Below are positions 12,717-25,263 of a DNA stretch of 64,000 bases, in pieces. Under the pieces are notes generated by a model. The model saw only the letters and a list, made by a program, of their open reading frames with translations. It was not told where the DNA came from and did not search any database. A program made the position numbers and the translations under genes. The stretch's first letter is position 1. The number at the start of each line of letters is the position of its first letter. The stretch comes from Sminthopsis crassicaudata (taxonomy: Eukaryota): assembly GCF_048593235.1 (NCBI RefSeq), contig NC_133620.1, positions 465,649,261-465,713,260 on the forward strand. Reading direction: 5' to 3'.

Positions 12717-14186
12717 AGGCCCCCAGCTCTTTAGCACACCTTCTCGGGATCTCTACCTGAGCACTTCAGAGAATCAAGTCAGCCAAAAGCTCTGTCAAGT
12801 CAGAGGCCTTCTCTCTATTTATTACCTCCCAGCCAGCCCGCCAACTTTAAGTGGCAGAAATTGCATCAAATTAGGCAAGAAGCAAACATCGTTTTATTGT
12901 GGGGTTTTCTGGTTGTTATTTTTTCCTTTCAATCGAAACACAAGAAGACACAGACACAAGGTAACTGAGGATACCTAATTTCCCAGTAATTGTCTGTTTT
13001 GTCTTGTTGGAAGTGATTTTCTGTATTTGTCAACTACAACACGGCTCCTTGTAATCTAAATATGATTTAATTACTTCTTTTGAGGTGTAATCTTAGCTCC
13101 TCTTCAGGGTGCAGCGTTCACTTTATAAAGAGTAGTTTGGGGGGCTCTGTTCTTCACACACAGCTCTAGGTTCTCCTTCGGGTGCAGCCGAGAGGGGGAA
13201 GGGGGCAGAGAGTATGGGCCGGGGGTAGGGGGACAAGGGTGAATTCTCATCCGCTTGGCTGGGAGCCCTTGATGTGGCTCAGATACTCTGGGAGGCCTTG
13301 GCCAGAACGGGGCGGCCAGCAGAAGGTCCTGAGCTTTCCTCCATGGGAGCTGCTCCCCCCAACTCTCCAGCTCCTTCCTGAGTCGGTTCTTGAGAACTTT
13401 TATTTAGGAACCAGTGGAGGGTGGAGCAGAGGGGATGTAGAACAATTTAAGAAAGGCAAAGGAGCGAAATCTCCCATTCCAGCCCTGCCCCTGCCTCCGA
13501 CTAGGTTCTAAGCTGCCACTGACCCTTTTTCTGAGAGGGCTGGACTAGGTGGACGTCCACCCTCGAGGGTCTCTCCTTCTACCCCTTCCTCTGACAGAGA
13601 AACTGAGGCTAGTGAGGAGAAAAACTAGCTCCGGTGAAGAGCAGGCCTGGAATGAAACCGAAGCTTTCTGACTCTCAGACCAATGCTCTTTCCAACACAA
13701 CCAAAGCTCCTAGAAATAATTCTGGGGAATCTTTGGGAAATATCCATTGATGGCACTCCAGAAATCAGAGGCCGAAAAAGACGGACAGCCTCTGCCGTGT
13801 GGAAAATGAGCCCATGCAGGGCTGGTAGAGGGCAGATGGAGGGCAGAGATGGCCTAGCAGGGGCTGGATAAAGGGCTCCCATTCTATACTTCTGCGGGAT
13901 ATGAAAGTACATCTCGTATGGTACCATGGAAAGAAGCTGGATCTTGGATTCAAATCTTTTTTCCCCAATTACTTACTAGCTGTGTGATTGGAGGTGAGAC
14001 CCTTAATCTCCCTGGGCTCGATTCCTTATCTGAGAAACAAGGTGGTCCGGACCCCGCTGAGGTCCCTGGGCCTCCAACGGCCCGTCCAAACACTACAGCT
14101 AACAGTTGATGAGCCCTACACTGGACTCCTGTCCTCCTCTGCTCTGCTGTCCCGGCTCTCCAGGCCCCGGCCCTACCTACGCTCAG

Positions 14187-14200
14187 GTTGCCATGTCAAC
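14187..14200. promoter_or_regulatory. RFX X-box GTTGCCATGTCAAC
   Basis: 13/14 match to GTTRCCATGGYAAC. Confidence 0.4.
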
Positions 14201-15544
14201 CTTAAGGACAACCGGAAGAAGCTCAAGCTTTCCACCGGCTTCATGGCATTCGGCGGTCCCCCAGAGAGCTGAGGGGAAGCTGCCTCCCACAAGGCCACGG
14301 AGGAAGCCCACCCAGGCAGCACCTAGAACTGGCCCTCGAGCCCCGACCAATGAAAACGTGAAGCCGTCACTTAGCTAGACACTAAAATAAGCCTTTTACT
14401 GTAAGCAACTATATTTATCTATTCCTTGGGAGGACTATTTTGGTCTGTACAGTGAAGAATTTAATCCTGGGCACACAGACTGCTTGTGGGATGGCTCAGC
14501 TAACAGAACAGCTCTTCGGGAGGCAAGGTTTGGAGGTTATGCATTAAGATATGGGCGGCGAGATTTGGGGAGCCAGCTCGCGTTTGGGTTTTATTTTATA
14601 TATATATTATATATACACACATATAAATACTCCATATATAGAGAATTTTTTTGGTCAAATCTTTGTTGAGAGAGAGAAAGAGCCGAAGCACGGAGCCAAA
14701 TTCTGTGTCACGTACAGAGGGCCGCCCGCCCCTGAGAAGCCCCCGCAAGCTCTGCAGGTGCAGCAGGAGGCGAGGGAGGCCAGGCTCGGTGCCCGCCGCC
14801 CCCGCGGTACAGGAGGAGGGGAGACGGAAGCTCCCCTGCCAGTCCTCTCCCTTTGGGGTTTTTCAGCTCACAGGGTAACTGTCAAGAGACCAGATTTCCC
14901 AGTTTTCCAAAGTGAACAGCTAGGATGGCTCTCTGGGAACCATTTTCAAGTGGTTTCCAAACATGAGTTAACGTAGCCAGGAGCTGTTTTATTTATGAAA
15001 GGGATGAATTCTTGAAAAGCTGCACGTCGCGAGATTCTGAAAACGAAATCCTTTCTTGTCGGCTCAGAGTCGCTCTCTAGGACACGGAGCTGCAGAGGAG
15101 GCGATGGCCTGCGCCAGTAGAGAGCGCTTCCTCATCGAGACGTTCCCTTTAATCACTGAAACCAAAGGTCCGGGCCCTGCCCCTGCTCTTTAATTCTACA
15201 AAATGGGGGTTTGGCTGAAGTGGAAGGGGCCGGGAGGCCTCCAACCTAGACCTTTCCTTTTACAGAGACAGGTGCTGGGTGCTGGCCGGGGAGCGGCTTG
15301 TCTCGGGGCTTCTCAGGCTTCTGGCCCTCAGAGGCCCGGCAGCAAAGTGGGCAGTATGGCAGCTGCTCCGAGGACTCAGGCCGGAGCCTCATCGTTTTGA
15401 GATCAGACCTTGGTTTAGGGATCTCCCAATGAGGAACTCTCTGCTAGAGTTAACTAGAACATTGATATGTTCCCAGAGTCAATAAATTATTTAACATTTA
15501 TTAAACACCTACTATTGTGCAAGCGGGGGAGGGAGACAGTGGAG

Positions 15545-15725
15545 AGAGTCAGAAGACTCATCTTCCTGAGTTCAAATCCGGCCTCAGGCACTTCCCAGCG
15601 AGGGGACACTTCACCCCGCCTGCCTCAGTTTCCTCATCTGTCAAATGAGCCGGAGAAGAGAATGTCTCTGCCAGGAAAACCCAATGGGGTCCCCAAGAGT
15701 GGGACACAACTCAAGAATGGCTAAA
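15545..15725 (+). mobile_element. MAR1-type CORE-SINE with BovB/RTE-like tail
   Basis: GAGTTCAAATCCGGCCTCAG...CCTCAGTTTCCTCATCTGTCAAATGAG...GCCAGGAAAACCCAATGGGGTCCCCAAGAGTGGGACACAACT. Confidence 0.75.
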
Positions 15726-17039
15726 GCAGAAGAAGTGTACAAGGCCAGGTGCCAGGCTCAGACAGAAAGGAAACAGCTGGCAAGGGCCGCCTAACCTCAC
15801 GCCATCCTGACCCACCATGCCTCAGGGTGGGCCTGGCGTTCTGTCTGAGAATGAACAAATGGCGGCGGAATCAGACAAGTGGGGACTTCAAGAGGAGATT
15901 CCCAAGAACCACAGAGGAACCCAAGGGGCGAGCGCCTGGATGAGCCTCAGGGTAATCGGGGCTTCCCTTCCCATCCTTCCCACCGAGCGAGCCAATAGCA
16001 GGGACCCTCACCCATCAGCGAGGTGGGATCCCAGAGACCAAGCCCAATAAATTTGCCCCAACGAGCAGAAAACGCTCGAGGCCTGGATGAATCACAAGTC
16101 AGATGACCCTTCTTCCTCCCACTAACTCAGCTATTTCAGTCTTTCAATCCCAGGGTTCAAAATTTTTGTTTATTACAGTTATTTAAATGACAAAAGCATA
16201 ATGTGCTCGAAGATGTGGCTGACATTCAAGAAAAAAAGGAGGGGGAGGGTTTTGAGCTTAATTATGTTTCTCTCCATCCTTCAAAAGGTCCAGGGGATAC
16301 TCCCAGCTTAGATCCCACAACTACTCTAGGAACATGGGGACCATATAAGATCAAAACCAGCTCTTCAAAACTGCGAGCCTAATAATTCCGTTTTACAAGA
16401 ACTGGTCCACCCATGGTCCAGTTCTGCAGAACTGCTTCCTCTGTCGCGCTCGATAAAATATTTAAAGAAAAACAAAAAGAAATCCAGGACATTCCCAAGA
16501 CTAACGTTGTGCGGCATCTTGGAGATATAATCCAACAGCACGCTACACAACCCTTGGGTGTTTATTAACATTTCACTCAAATGGCCTTTTCTTTTTTTTT
16601 TTTGGGGGGGGAGTCCTAATAATCAAAGTCTTTGTTCTAGCCTTCAAAGGGGACAATTCCAGGAGGAGCCTCTTCCCATGGGGCTTCTCCAGCCAAATCT
16701 TGGCCCCGATCATACGGGCCGGCCCACGGCCTCCGGGACGCCTTCCAAGGCCCAGAGTAAGGTGCTCCGGACACAAGACGCCCTTGACTTTCGAAGGTCA
16801 CCGAACACACTCCCACAGTCAAAATGTCAGGGAAATGGCGCAGGGGACCACACACGCTGGAGACAGATTACAGCAGCTGTCTTCTCGAAGGCCAACTGAA
16901 AGTCTACTGATTGAGAACAAGCGCATGGGGCGCAGCTGATGCACCAGCCCGGGGAGGCTGCCGGCGGGGAGCACCCTGGCGGGGCGGCTCCTGATGGGAG
17001 CCCCAATAAAAGCAGCTATTTGGGGATTAACCCAAGGGG

Positions 17040-17235
17040 GATGGGGCATCATTTCATGGGCACAGTTTGCGATAATGCATTTGCATATGCTCCCTAAGAT
17101 GGTACAGTAACGGCTTGTTAGCCACCGTAATGAAATGCTCCGATATTAAAAAGTTACCGAGCTGAGGATTTTGGGTAATCATTCTCTACCGTTTCCCGGT
17201 AATATAATGACGAACAGTGCAACTAGGATAATCTT
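17040..17235. promoter_or_regulatory. Candidate enhancer with ATGCATTTGCAT (MORE-like/octamer, 17075-17086)
   Basis: Motif read directly; AT-rich unique island. Confidence 0.35.
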
Positions 17236-17869
17236 TGTCCCCCCCCCCCCTTCTAAAAATCATGAATGGCCTCCTGCTTCCTTTTCCCCTGGGAAGATAA
17301 AGATTCCTGTGAAAAGGAGATGGGCAAGGACGAGGAATGAGGAGAAACATGTTCACCCGTGTTTTGAGTGGCTCTGAACAGGTCTCCTGGACTTCTTTTT
17401 TAAAACGGAAGGAGTAATTATTGCAGGCGAGGCTCTGATGTTAAAGGCTGGCCTTAATTGCCCCCTCCCCCTCCTTCCATCTTTCTCTAAATGCTTGCTT
17501 CTGTTCCCTTGGGCATTCCTACCGCTAAGCAGCATGAGGTTAGGAATGATGGATGAGACCCAGAGCGGAAGACAAACAAAAGGGGGGCTCCGACAATCCC
17601 CCAGAAACACCTGGGGCTGGATCTTCCAATGAGGTTTTTCTACATTAGCTCCCAAGACTACCCTAGATACAAACCGAACCCTCCTGCCCCTTTGGGGTAC
17701 CAAAAAGCCCCTCTAAACTTCAGGGACTGCTAATGCAGTAGATGAAAAACTAACAACACGGTCTCTTGACAAAATAGAGAACCGAAAGAAAAACAACAAT
17801 CATAAAACCCAAAACATTTTTTGTTGGGGATTATGAGGAACTGTATCATGTGTCGGGTGGGGGAAGGGA

Positions 17870-18050
17870 ATAAGCATTACGTGCCAGGCACTGGGCTAGG
17901 GCCCTGTACAATCCTACCTCATTTGATCCTCACAACCAGCCTGAAAGGAGGGGCCGCTATTATCTAACCCCATTTGACAGTGGAGGAAACTGAGGCAGGC
18001 AGAGAGGAAATGACTTGTCCGCTGTCCCATAGCCAGTAGTCATCGCCCCA
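17870..18050 (-). mobile_element. MIR-like fragment (further MIR/L2 fragments near 700-940, 13940-14050, 40240-40330, 46950-47200, 48190-48330, 48600-48790, 50110-50260, 56610-56720, 63930-64000)
   Basis: CCCATTTGACAGTGGAGGAAACTGAGGCAG...TGACTTGTCC core; L2 CATTTATTAAGCAC motifs at the other listed sites. Confidence 0.7.
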
Positions 18051-19110
18051 GGATGCCTTAGAAACATCTGTGTTTCCCTCCTAGTCCTGTAAGGTTGGAC
18101 AAGTCCCCTGGGCCTTCAACAATCAAACCATCAAAAAGAGGGGGCACAATGGAGGGGAGCATCTCCCCGAGCCTCGGGCGGTGGAGGCAGGAGCACATCT
18201 TGGAAAAGCCAAGGTGATTTCCTGTTGGGACTGAGGCCTCCTTGTCGAAGTGGCACCTTATCACCATGGCAACAAAGACGGCCAATCGAATTGGGTAAAA
18301 TGCCATCTCTGTCGTGTGGGCATTAAGCCACCTCCGAGGAGCCTGGTATTCGGTGCAAGGGCCCCGGAGGTCCTTTATGAGGCCTGGGGTCTGATAAGCG
18401 CCCTGACTGGACACCAGAGGGTGCCCACAAAGTCTCCCGCCCCCTTCTCTAACAGAAAACCCCGAACCCACTAGAAAATGATAGCATGGGTGACAAGGAC
18501 GCGAAATCCCCCCCCCCCCACTCTCCTCTCTCATCAGCGCCTCCCCAAAGGGTTTCAATGACTCTCCTTTACACAAATATTATTATTTACGTTCCTCTGT
18601 GGAGCTGCCTTGTTTTCACGTGAGAAACGTGGCCGCCGCGCTGGCTCGGCGCTGACGCGGCGGCAATTACACGCCATGATCAGAAGGCAAACAGACTCCT
18701 CGGGGACCTGGCCCGCCTGCCCCCTCAGAGCACGCTCCGCCGGGGAGAGATGAGCGGGTCACTGGCTCAGCACGGAAGGCGGCCTGGGGATGGCCCAGCT
18801 TTCAGCCTCCCCACGGGCCCAGCCTGGAAGCGGGGAGCCGAGGGGAGCAAAAGGCAAAGTCTGGAGCCAGAGAGAGGCGTCCACCTGGCTTCCTGGGCAC
18901 TCAGCGGCAGGGCGCGGGTGCTCAGCGCCCTGCATTTATTCTGCACCGAGGCTGGCTCCTCCGCTGATCACGGAGGGAACCGTCCGTCCCAGAAACGGAT
19001 CTGATGGGGGCAGAGCCGGAGCCCCTTCAAGGGAGAATCAGAAGCAGCCCCCAGCTAAGTACGGCAGCCCTTCCCCTTCTGCACCCTGGTCTGGACTAGA
19101 CGGGTGTCTG

Positions 19111-19148
<38 letters not shown>

Positions 19149-19622
19149 CACACACACAAAACACACACACACACACAACATAAAACACACATACACACAT
19201 AATGCAACACACAGCACACACACAACAATGCAACACATACATTAAATACATACAATATGCAAACAATGCAACACATATGCACACAGCATAACACACACCA
19301 CATATACACAAACATACAACACATGCAACACACATATACAATAGAACACACAATACACACATATACACATGCAGCACATACAACACAGAGACAGACAAAG
19401 CATGGAGACATGTAAAACGTGCACAGCAACACGCTAACATGCACACACAAGGACCTGTGAACACACACCACACATGCACACATACAAATGCACATATGCA
19501 ACACAATACAAAACAGCCACACATGCAAACACACAACACACACAATAAACAAATACAATTCACACATAAATGGGCACACATACAAATATGCACACACAAA
19601 CACACGTGCACACACGCACACA
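19111..19622. repeat. (CA)n microsatellite decaying into CA/TA-rich low complexity
   Basis: Read directly from the sequence. Confidence 0.95.
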
Positions 19623-20270
19623 AACTCCTCAACAAGAGAAAAACCCCAGAGGCCAGTGGGGGCCTTCTGGCGGGAGCCCCAGCTGCTCCCCTTCTCCCAA
19701 ACCCTCCAGCAAGCCGCCGGACCCACACTCCTCATTTTACTCTGGCTGGGACCTCAATGAATCAGTAAATGGGGAAGCTCAGTGATCAAAACGTTTAGAA
19801 AAATAATGAAATCAGGGAAGAATTCAGGATGCTCGGCATTCCCAAACTTGGGGGGGAAATCTGCAGCATAAATATGGAGGCAGAAAAAGCAAAATGAAGG
19901 ATATCACAGCGGAGGCTGTGGGCCCAGGCCAGGCTCAATGCGGGGTTCACGAGAAGGACCAAGCACAACAACTACCCCACAAGACGGCGCACTAGCCACA
20001 AGCTCTCCCACAGTAAGATTTCTTCATGGGGGGGTTGCCACCTAGTTTTTTTTTTGTTTTTTTTTAATACTGTTAACTGCATTTCACTATAACTACCATT
20101 ATTTTCCTCATAATCCTGAGTATTTCCTTCCATACATTTAAAGATGGCCCATTCTGATGGGCAAAAAGGTTCAGACACATACAATGGCTAAACGGCCGTG
20201 GACCAGAGGATCTGCTATCTGTGTATGGCTACTTTTGTGCCCTTTGGTCTCTCCCACAGTAAAAAGAAGG

Positions 20271-20898
20271 AAGGAAAGAGGAAAAATGGAAAGAAAAGGA
20301 AGAAAGAACAAATGAAAAAGACAGAAAATGAGAAAGGGAACAAAGGAATGAAGAGAAAGAAAAGGAAAAAATGGGAAGAAAAGAAAAGAGGGCGATGGGA
20401 CAAGAAAAAGGGAGAAAGAAGCAATGAGAAGGGGAAAAAGAGAAAGAAAAAGCAAAGACAGGGGGAAGGAGGAAGGAAGGAAAGAAAGGAGGGAGAAAGA
20501 GAAACCACAAAAAGGGAGAAGGAAAAAAAGACAAAAAAAAAGACAAAGAAGATTAAGAAAAAGGAAAGGAAGGGAGAGAAGGGGAGAGGAAAAAAAGGAA
20601 GGGAAGTAAGAAAAAGAAAAGAACAAAAGAGAAAGAAAAGGACAAAGAAAAAGAGAAGGAAAAAGGAAAGGAAGAGAGGAAAGGGGGAAGAAAGAAGGAA
20701 AAGAAAAAGGGAAGCAAGAAAAAGGAAGAAAGAACAAAAGGGAAAGAGGAAAAGAAAGAAAAAGGGAAGGAAGGGGGGAGGAGGGGAAGGAAAGAAGTGA
20801 CAGAAGCAAGAAAAAGGAAGAAAGAACAAAAGGGAAAGAGGAAAAGAAAGAAAAAGGGAAGGAAGGGGGGGAGGGACGGGAGGAAAGGAAGAGGGGGA
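20271..20898. repeat. GA-rich polypurine tract
   Basis: Almost purely A/G; contains an exact internal duplication of about 68 bp. Confidence 0.95.
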
Positions 20899-20992
20899 GG
20901 ACCGTGAGGAACCTGGTTTGCCAATAACACTGGGCAGAGCAAAGATCCATTTCCCATCCCAGGCAAGGGAAAGCAGCTAAGGGAAAGCTTAC

Positions 20993-21049
20993 CTGAGCTC
21001 ACGCAGCCCTGCTGGAGGGAGTCCTGCAATGACGTCACAGAGTGGAGGA
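20993..21049 (-). CDS. CUX1: CUX1 exon 20 (57 nt): (V)LHSVTSLQDSLQQGCVSS(D)
   Basis: ctgctttag|TC CTC CAC ... AGC TCA G|gtaagc; peptide in ORF 20553..21164. Confidence 0.96.
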
Positions 21050-21402
21050 CTAAAGCAGAGAGGGACAAAAGGGGGAGAAGAGTTAGAGGAGAAACCTGTC
21101 CCAGGAGCCCCCCGCCCGTCCCGCCCCGTCCGTGTGAACCGTCGGCTCTCCCCCGGGCCCCCACATGCCACGGCCCATCGCCCGAGATGACCTAATGTGT
21201 GTCCGCCTTCCCCACTTTTTTAATTCTCCCTCTCCATCCCTTGGTTTTTTGCACTCTGCTGATGCACAACAGCAGTGTCCTAGTTGCTGACTCATTTGCT
21301 GCTTGCAGAGGGTGAGGCTTCCTTTCAGGACCCCCGGGCGCCCCCTCCCCTGGGCCAGAGCCCGGGCGCCCCCTCCCCCGGGCACCGCAGGGCGGCGCGT
21401 TA

Positions 21403-21612
<210 letters not shown>

Positions 21613-23314
21613 TTAGAGACGCTCCTCATCGCTGGGGGGGGGGGGGGGGGAGGCATCCCTGGGGTCCTGCTCTTCCGCCGCTGTGCCCCGGTAAAGCTCA
21701 GTGTGCCTCAGTTTCCCCGTCTGTCCTCTGGGGTCCCTTCCAGCACTCAATGCCCAGGATTCTCAGGACCTCAAAATGGGGCCTTCACTTTGGCCCACTC
21801 CAGAAGAGGAAACGATGGGCATTTCTGGAGCTCCAGACCCCTCATTGAGGAGGGCAGGGGCTCTCCTGGCTGCCTCCTTCATTGCATCTGGGCGTGAGGG
21901 GACGCCCGGCAGGCCAGCTCTGACAGCCACGGAGAGCCCTCGGCAGGGGTCCGGTCCCAGCCACCCTCACCTCCCGGGGGCAGGAAAGGCCTCGAGCTGG
22001 GCCAGGGGATGTGCCATGGTCAGGGACTGGGTTAGGACATGGCTGCTGGCAGGGTGATCTTCCTGATTTGGCATCGGGACCGCAGGCGGGCCCTGAGCTC
22101 CCTTCCCCCGCGCCCCTCTCCAATAATGATCAATCCCAGGGGCTGCGTTTGCTGCTTGCGCCCCCTGAGCGCCGGGTCACCCGTGGGCCCAGAGGCGAGC
22201 CAGGGAGCCGGAGGGGAAACACTTCCAAGAGACCGTCTCCGGTGGGGACGAATCCCACGTCGATGACTCCGTCCTCAGGATGTGTAAAATGTGCTTCTCC
22301 CCATATGGCCATCCATATGCATAGGTATAAACACCCCCACACACAGACCCAAATACTCTCCCAACATATTCCAGAGCTCCGCTCCGCCCCGGGGGGGGGG
22401 GGAATGCATCTGAGGACAGCGCCTGGAAGGCCCGGAGGGAGAGGCGGGACAGCGGGGGCTCCGATCCCCTCCCCAAAGGGAAGTCTCCGGGACATCGGTA
22501 TTCAGAATAAGGGATGCCAGGGCGGGCACTTTCTGTGTGACCTTGGGAAGCCCCCCCAGGGGCACGAGATGGTCTCGGGGCTCCCTGCACGGCCTAGAAA
22601 TGGGATCTAGTGGGGCAGCAGGGCCCGGGGCTGCCACCCTGGGGCTCTTGGACTGCTGAGAGCCCTGGAGCCCCCGCTGTGTGACCTTCCCCGGCTTCCT
22701 GAGGCGGGCGCTGCGTCTCCAGGTGATTCCCCTCAAGCTCCCTTCGAGGTACCAGCCCCCGTTTCGTTTGACTTAAAGCTATTTCCCCCCCAAGAGGAAG
22801 AGGAGTCCCGGCTCTGCCACCATAACCGGCTTTCCCTCTTTGTCTACGATCCCGGGAGGGGGCTCAGGCCGGCGGAACAGCTCCCCCTCCCTCCGTTGTG
22901 GGGAGTGCCGCCTCCTGTGGTTCTAGTCCTCCCGGCCGGCTCTGCTCCCGGACTTCCCACAATTCCTAATTGCTTTCCCAGCCCCTTCCCCTTTGCAGAT
23001 GCCCCTTTGAACTACAACACAAAGAGGTTGCTGCATCTAAAGCTCTGAGAAACGCCCAACACGGGCCGGCTCCTCACACGTCCCCGGGCCGGGGGTTTGG
23101 TTCTGGCTGTTCTGTGGCGCGGTCCCGCCGGCAACGAGGGCCGGGGCCTAGCTTACAAGGAGCGTCGGCTACACGGGTGTCTCGCTCTAGACCCTGTACA
23201 TCGAGGCCCCTTTGCAGCGACCTCGCATCTGGAGGGAAGGCCCTGAACCACCGTCGGACCCACAAGGGGACCGCCCACTTCCTCAGCAGTTCTAGCACTG
23301 CACGTTGGAGGGAA

Positions 23315-25207
23315 GCTCTGACTGGGCACTTCCTGCTCTGATGGAGCACTTCCTGCTCTGATGGAGCACTTCCTGTTCTGATGGAGCACTACCTGCTCTG
23401 CCTGGGATGCTGTCTGCTCTGATGGAGCACTTCCTGTTCTGATGGAGCACTACCTGCTCTGACTGGGCACTTCCTGCTCTGATGGAGCACTACCTGCTCT
23501 GCCTGGGATGCTGTCTGCTCTGATGGAGCACTTCCTGTTCTGATGGAGCACTACCTGCTCTGACTGGGCACTTCCTGCTCTGATGGAGCACTTCCTGTTC
23601 TGATGGAGCACTTCCTGCTCTGATGGAGCACTACCTGCTCTGCCTGGGATGCTGTCTGCTCTGATGGAGCACTTCCTGCTCTGATGGAGCACTACCTGCT
23701 CTGATGGAGCACTTCCTGCTCTGATGGAGCACTTCCTGCTCTGACCGGACACTTCCTGTTCTGATGGAGCACTACCTGCTCTGACTGGGCACTTCCTGCT
23801 CTGACTGGGCACTTCCTGCTCTGATGGAGCACTTCCTGCTCTGATGGAGCACTACCTGCTCTGACTGGGCACTTCCTGCTCTGATGGAGCACTTCCTGCT
23901 CTGATGGAGCACTTCCTGCTCTGATGGAGCACTACCTGCTCTGACTGGGCACTACCTGCTCTGATGGAGCACTTCCTGCTCTGATGGAGCACTACCTGCT
24001 CTGACTGGGCACTACCTGCTCTGATGGAGCACTTCCTGCTCTGATGGAGCACTACCTGCTCTGACTGGGCACTTCCTGTTCTGATGGAGCACTACCTGCT
24101 CTGACCGGGCACTTCCTGCTCTGACCGGACACTTCCTGTTCTGATGGAGCACTTCCTGCTCTGACCGGACACTTCCTGCTCTGACCGGACACTTCCTGTT
24201 CTGATGGAGCACTACCTGCTCTGACCGGGCACTTCCTGCTCTGACCGGACACTTCCTGTTCTGATGGAGCATTTCCTGCTCTGATGGGGCACTTCCTGCT
24301 CTGACCGGACACTTCCTGTTCTGATGGAGCACTACCTGCTCTGACCGGGCACTTCCTGCTCTGACTGGGCACTTCCTGCTCTGATGGAGCACTTCCTGCT
24401 CTGATGGAGCACTTCCTGCTCTGACCGGACACTTCCTGTTCTGATGGAGCACTACCTGCTCTGACTGGGCACTTCCTGCTCTGACTGGGCACTTCCTGCT
24501 CTGATGGAGCACTTCCTGCTCTGATGGAGCACTACCTGCTCTGACTGGGCACTTCCTGCTCTGATGGAGCACTTCCTGCTCTGATGGAGCACTTCCTGCT
24601 CTGATGGAGCACTACCTGCTCTGACTGGGCACTACCTGCTCTGATGGAGCACTTCCTGCTCTGATGGAGCACTACCTGCTCTGACTGGGCACTACCTGCT
24701 CTGATGGAGCACTTCCTGCTCTGATGGAGCACTACCTGCTCTGACTGGGCACTTCCTGTTCTGATGGAGCACTACCTGCTCTGACCGGGCACTTCCTGCT
24801 CTGACCGGACACTTCCTGTTCTGATGGAGCACTTCCTGCTCTGACCGGACACTTCCTGCTCTGACCGGACACTTCCTGTTCTGATGGAGCACTACCTGCT
24901 CTGACCGGGCACTTCCTGCTCTGACCGGACACTTCCTGTTCTGATGGAGCATTTCCTGCTCTGATGGGGCACTTCCTGCTCTGACCGGACACTTCCTGTT
25001 CTGATGGAGCACTACCTGCTCTGACCGGGCACTTCCTGCTCTGATGGAGCACTTCCTGTTCTGATGGAGCACTACCTGCTCTGACTGGGCACTTCCTGCT
25101 CTGATGGAGCACTTCCTGCTCTGACCGGACACTTCCTGTTCTGATGGAGCACTACCTGCTCTGACCGGGCATTTCCTGCTCTGACCGGACACTTCCTGCT
25201 CTGATGG
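23315..25207. repeat. 20-bp minisatellite (about 94 units; consensus GCACTTCCTGCTCTGATGGA) in intron 18
   Basis: Visible 20-bp period with variants ACTACCTG, ACTTCCTGTT, GACTGG, GACCGG and three 19-bp GCCTGGGATGCTGTCTGCT units. Confidence 0.99.
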
Positions 25208-25263
25208 TTTTCTTTCCCTCCCGACCACCTCTCCCTCCCCCCAGGGCCCGGGCAGACCGTTAC

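Noticed and set aside
12592-12978. Poly-Glu or poly-Ser ORF
   Set aside because: A (GGA)n microsatellite with no exon context.
19038-19785. Cys/Val-rich and His/Thr-rich ORFs resembling metallothionein or keratin-associated proteins
   Set aside because: Translations of a degenerate (CA)n tract.
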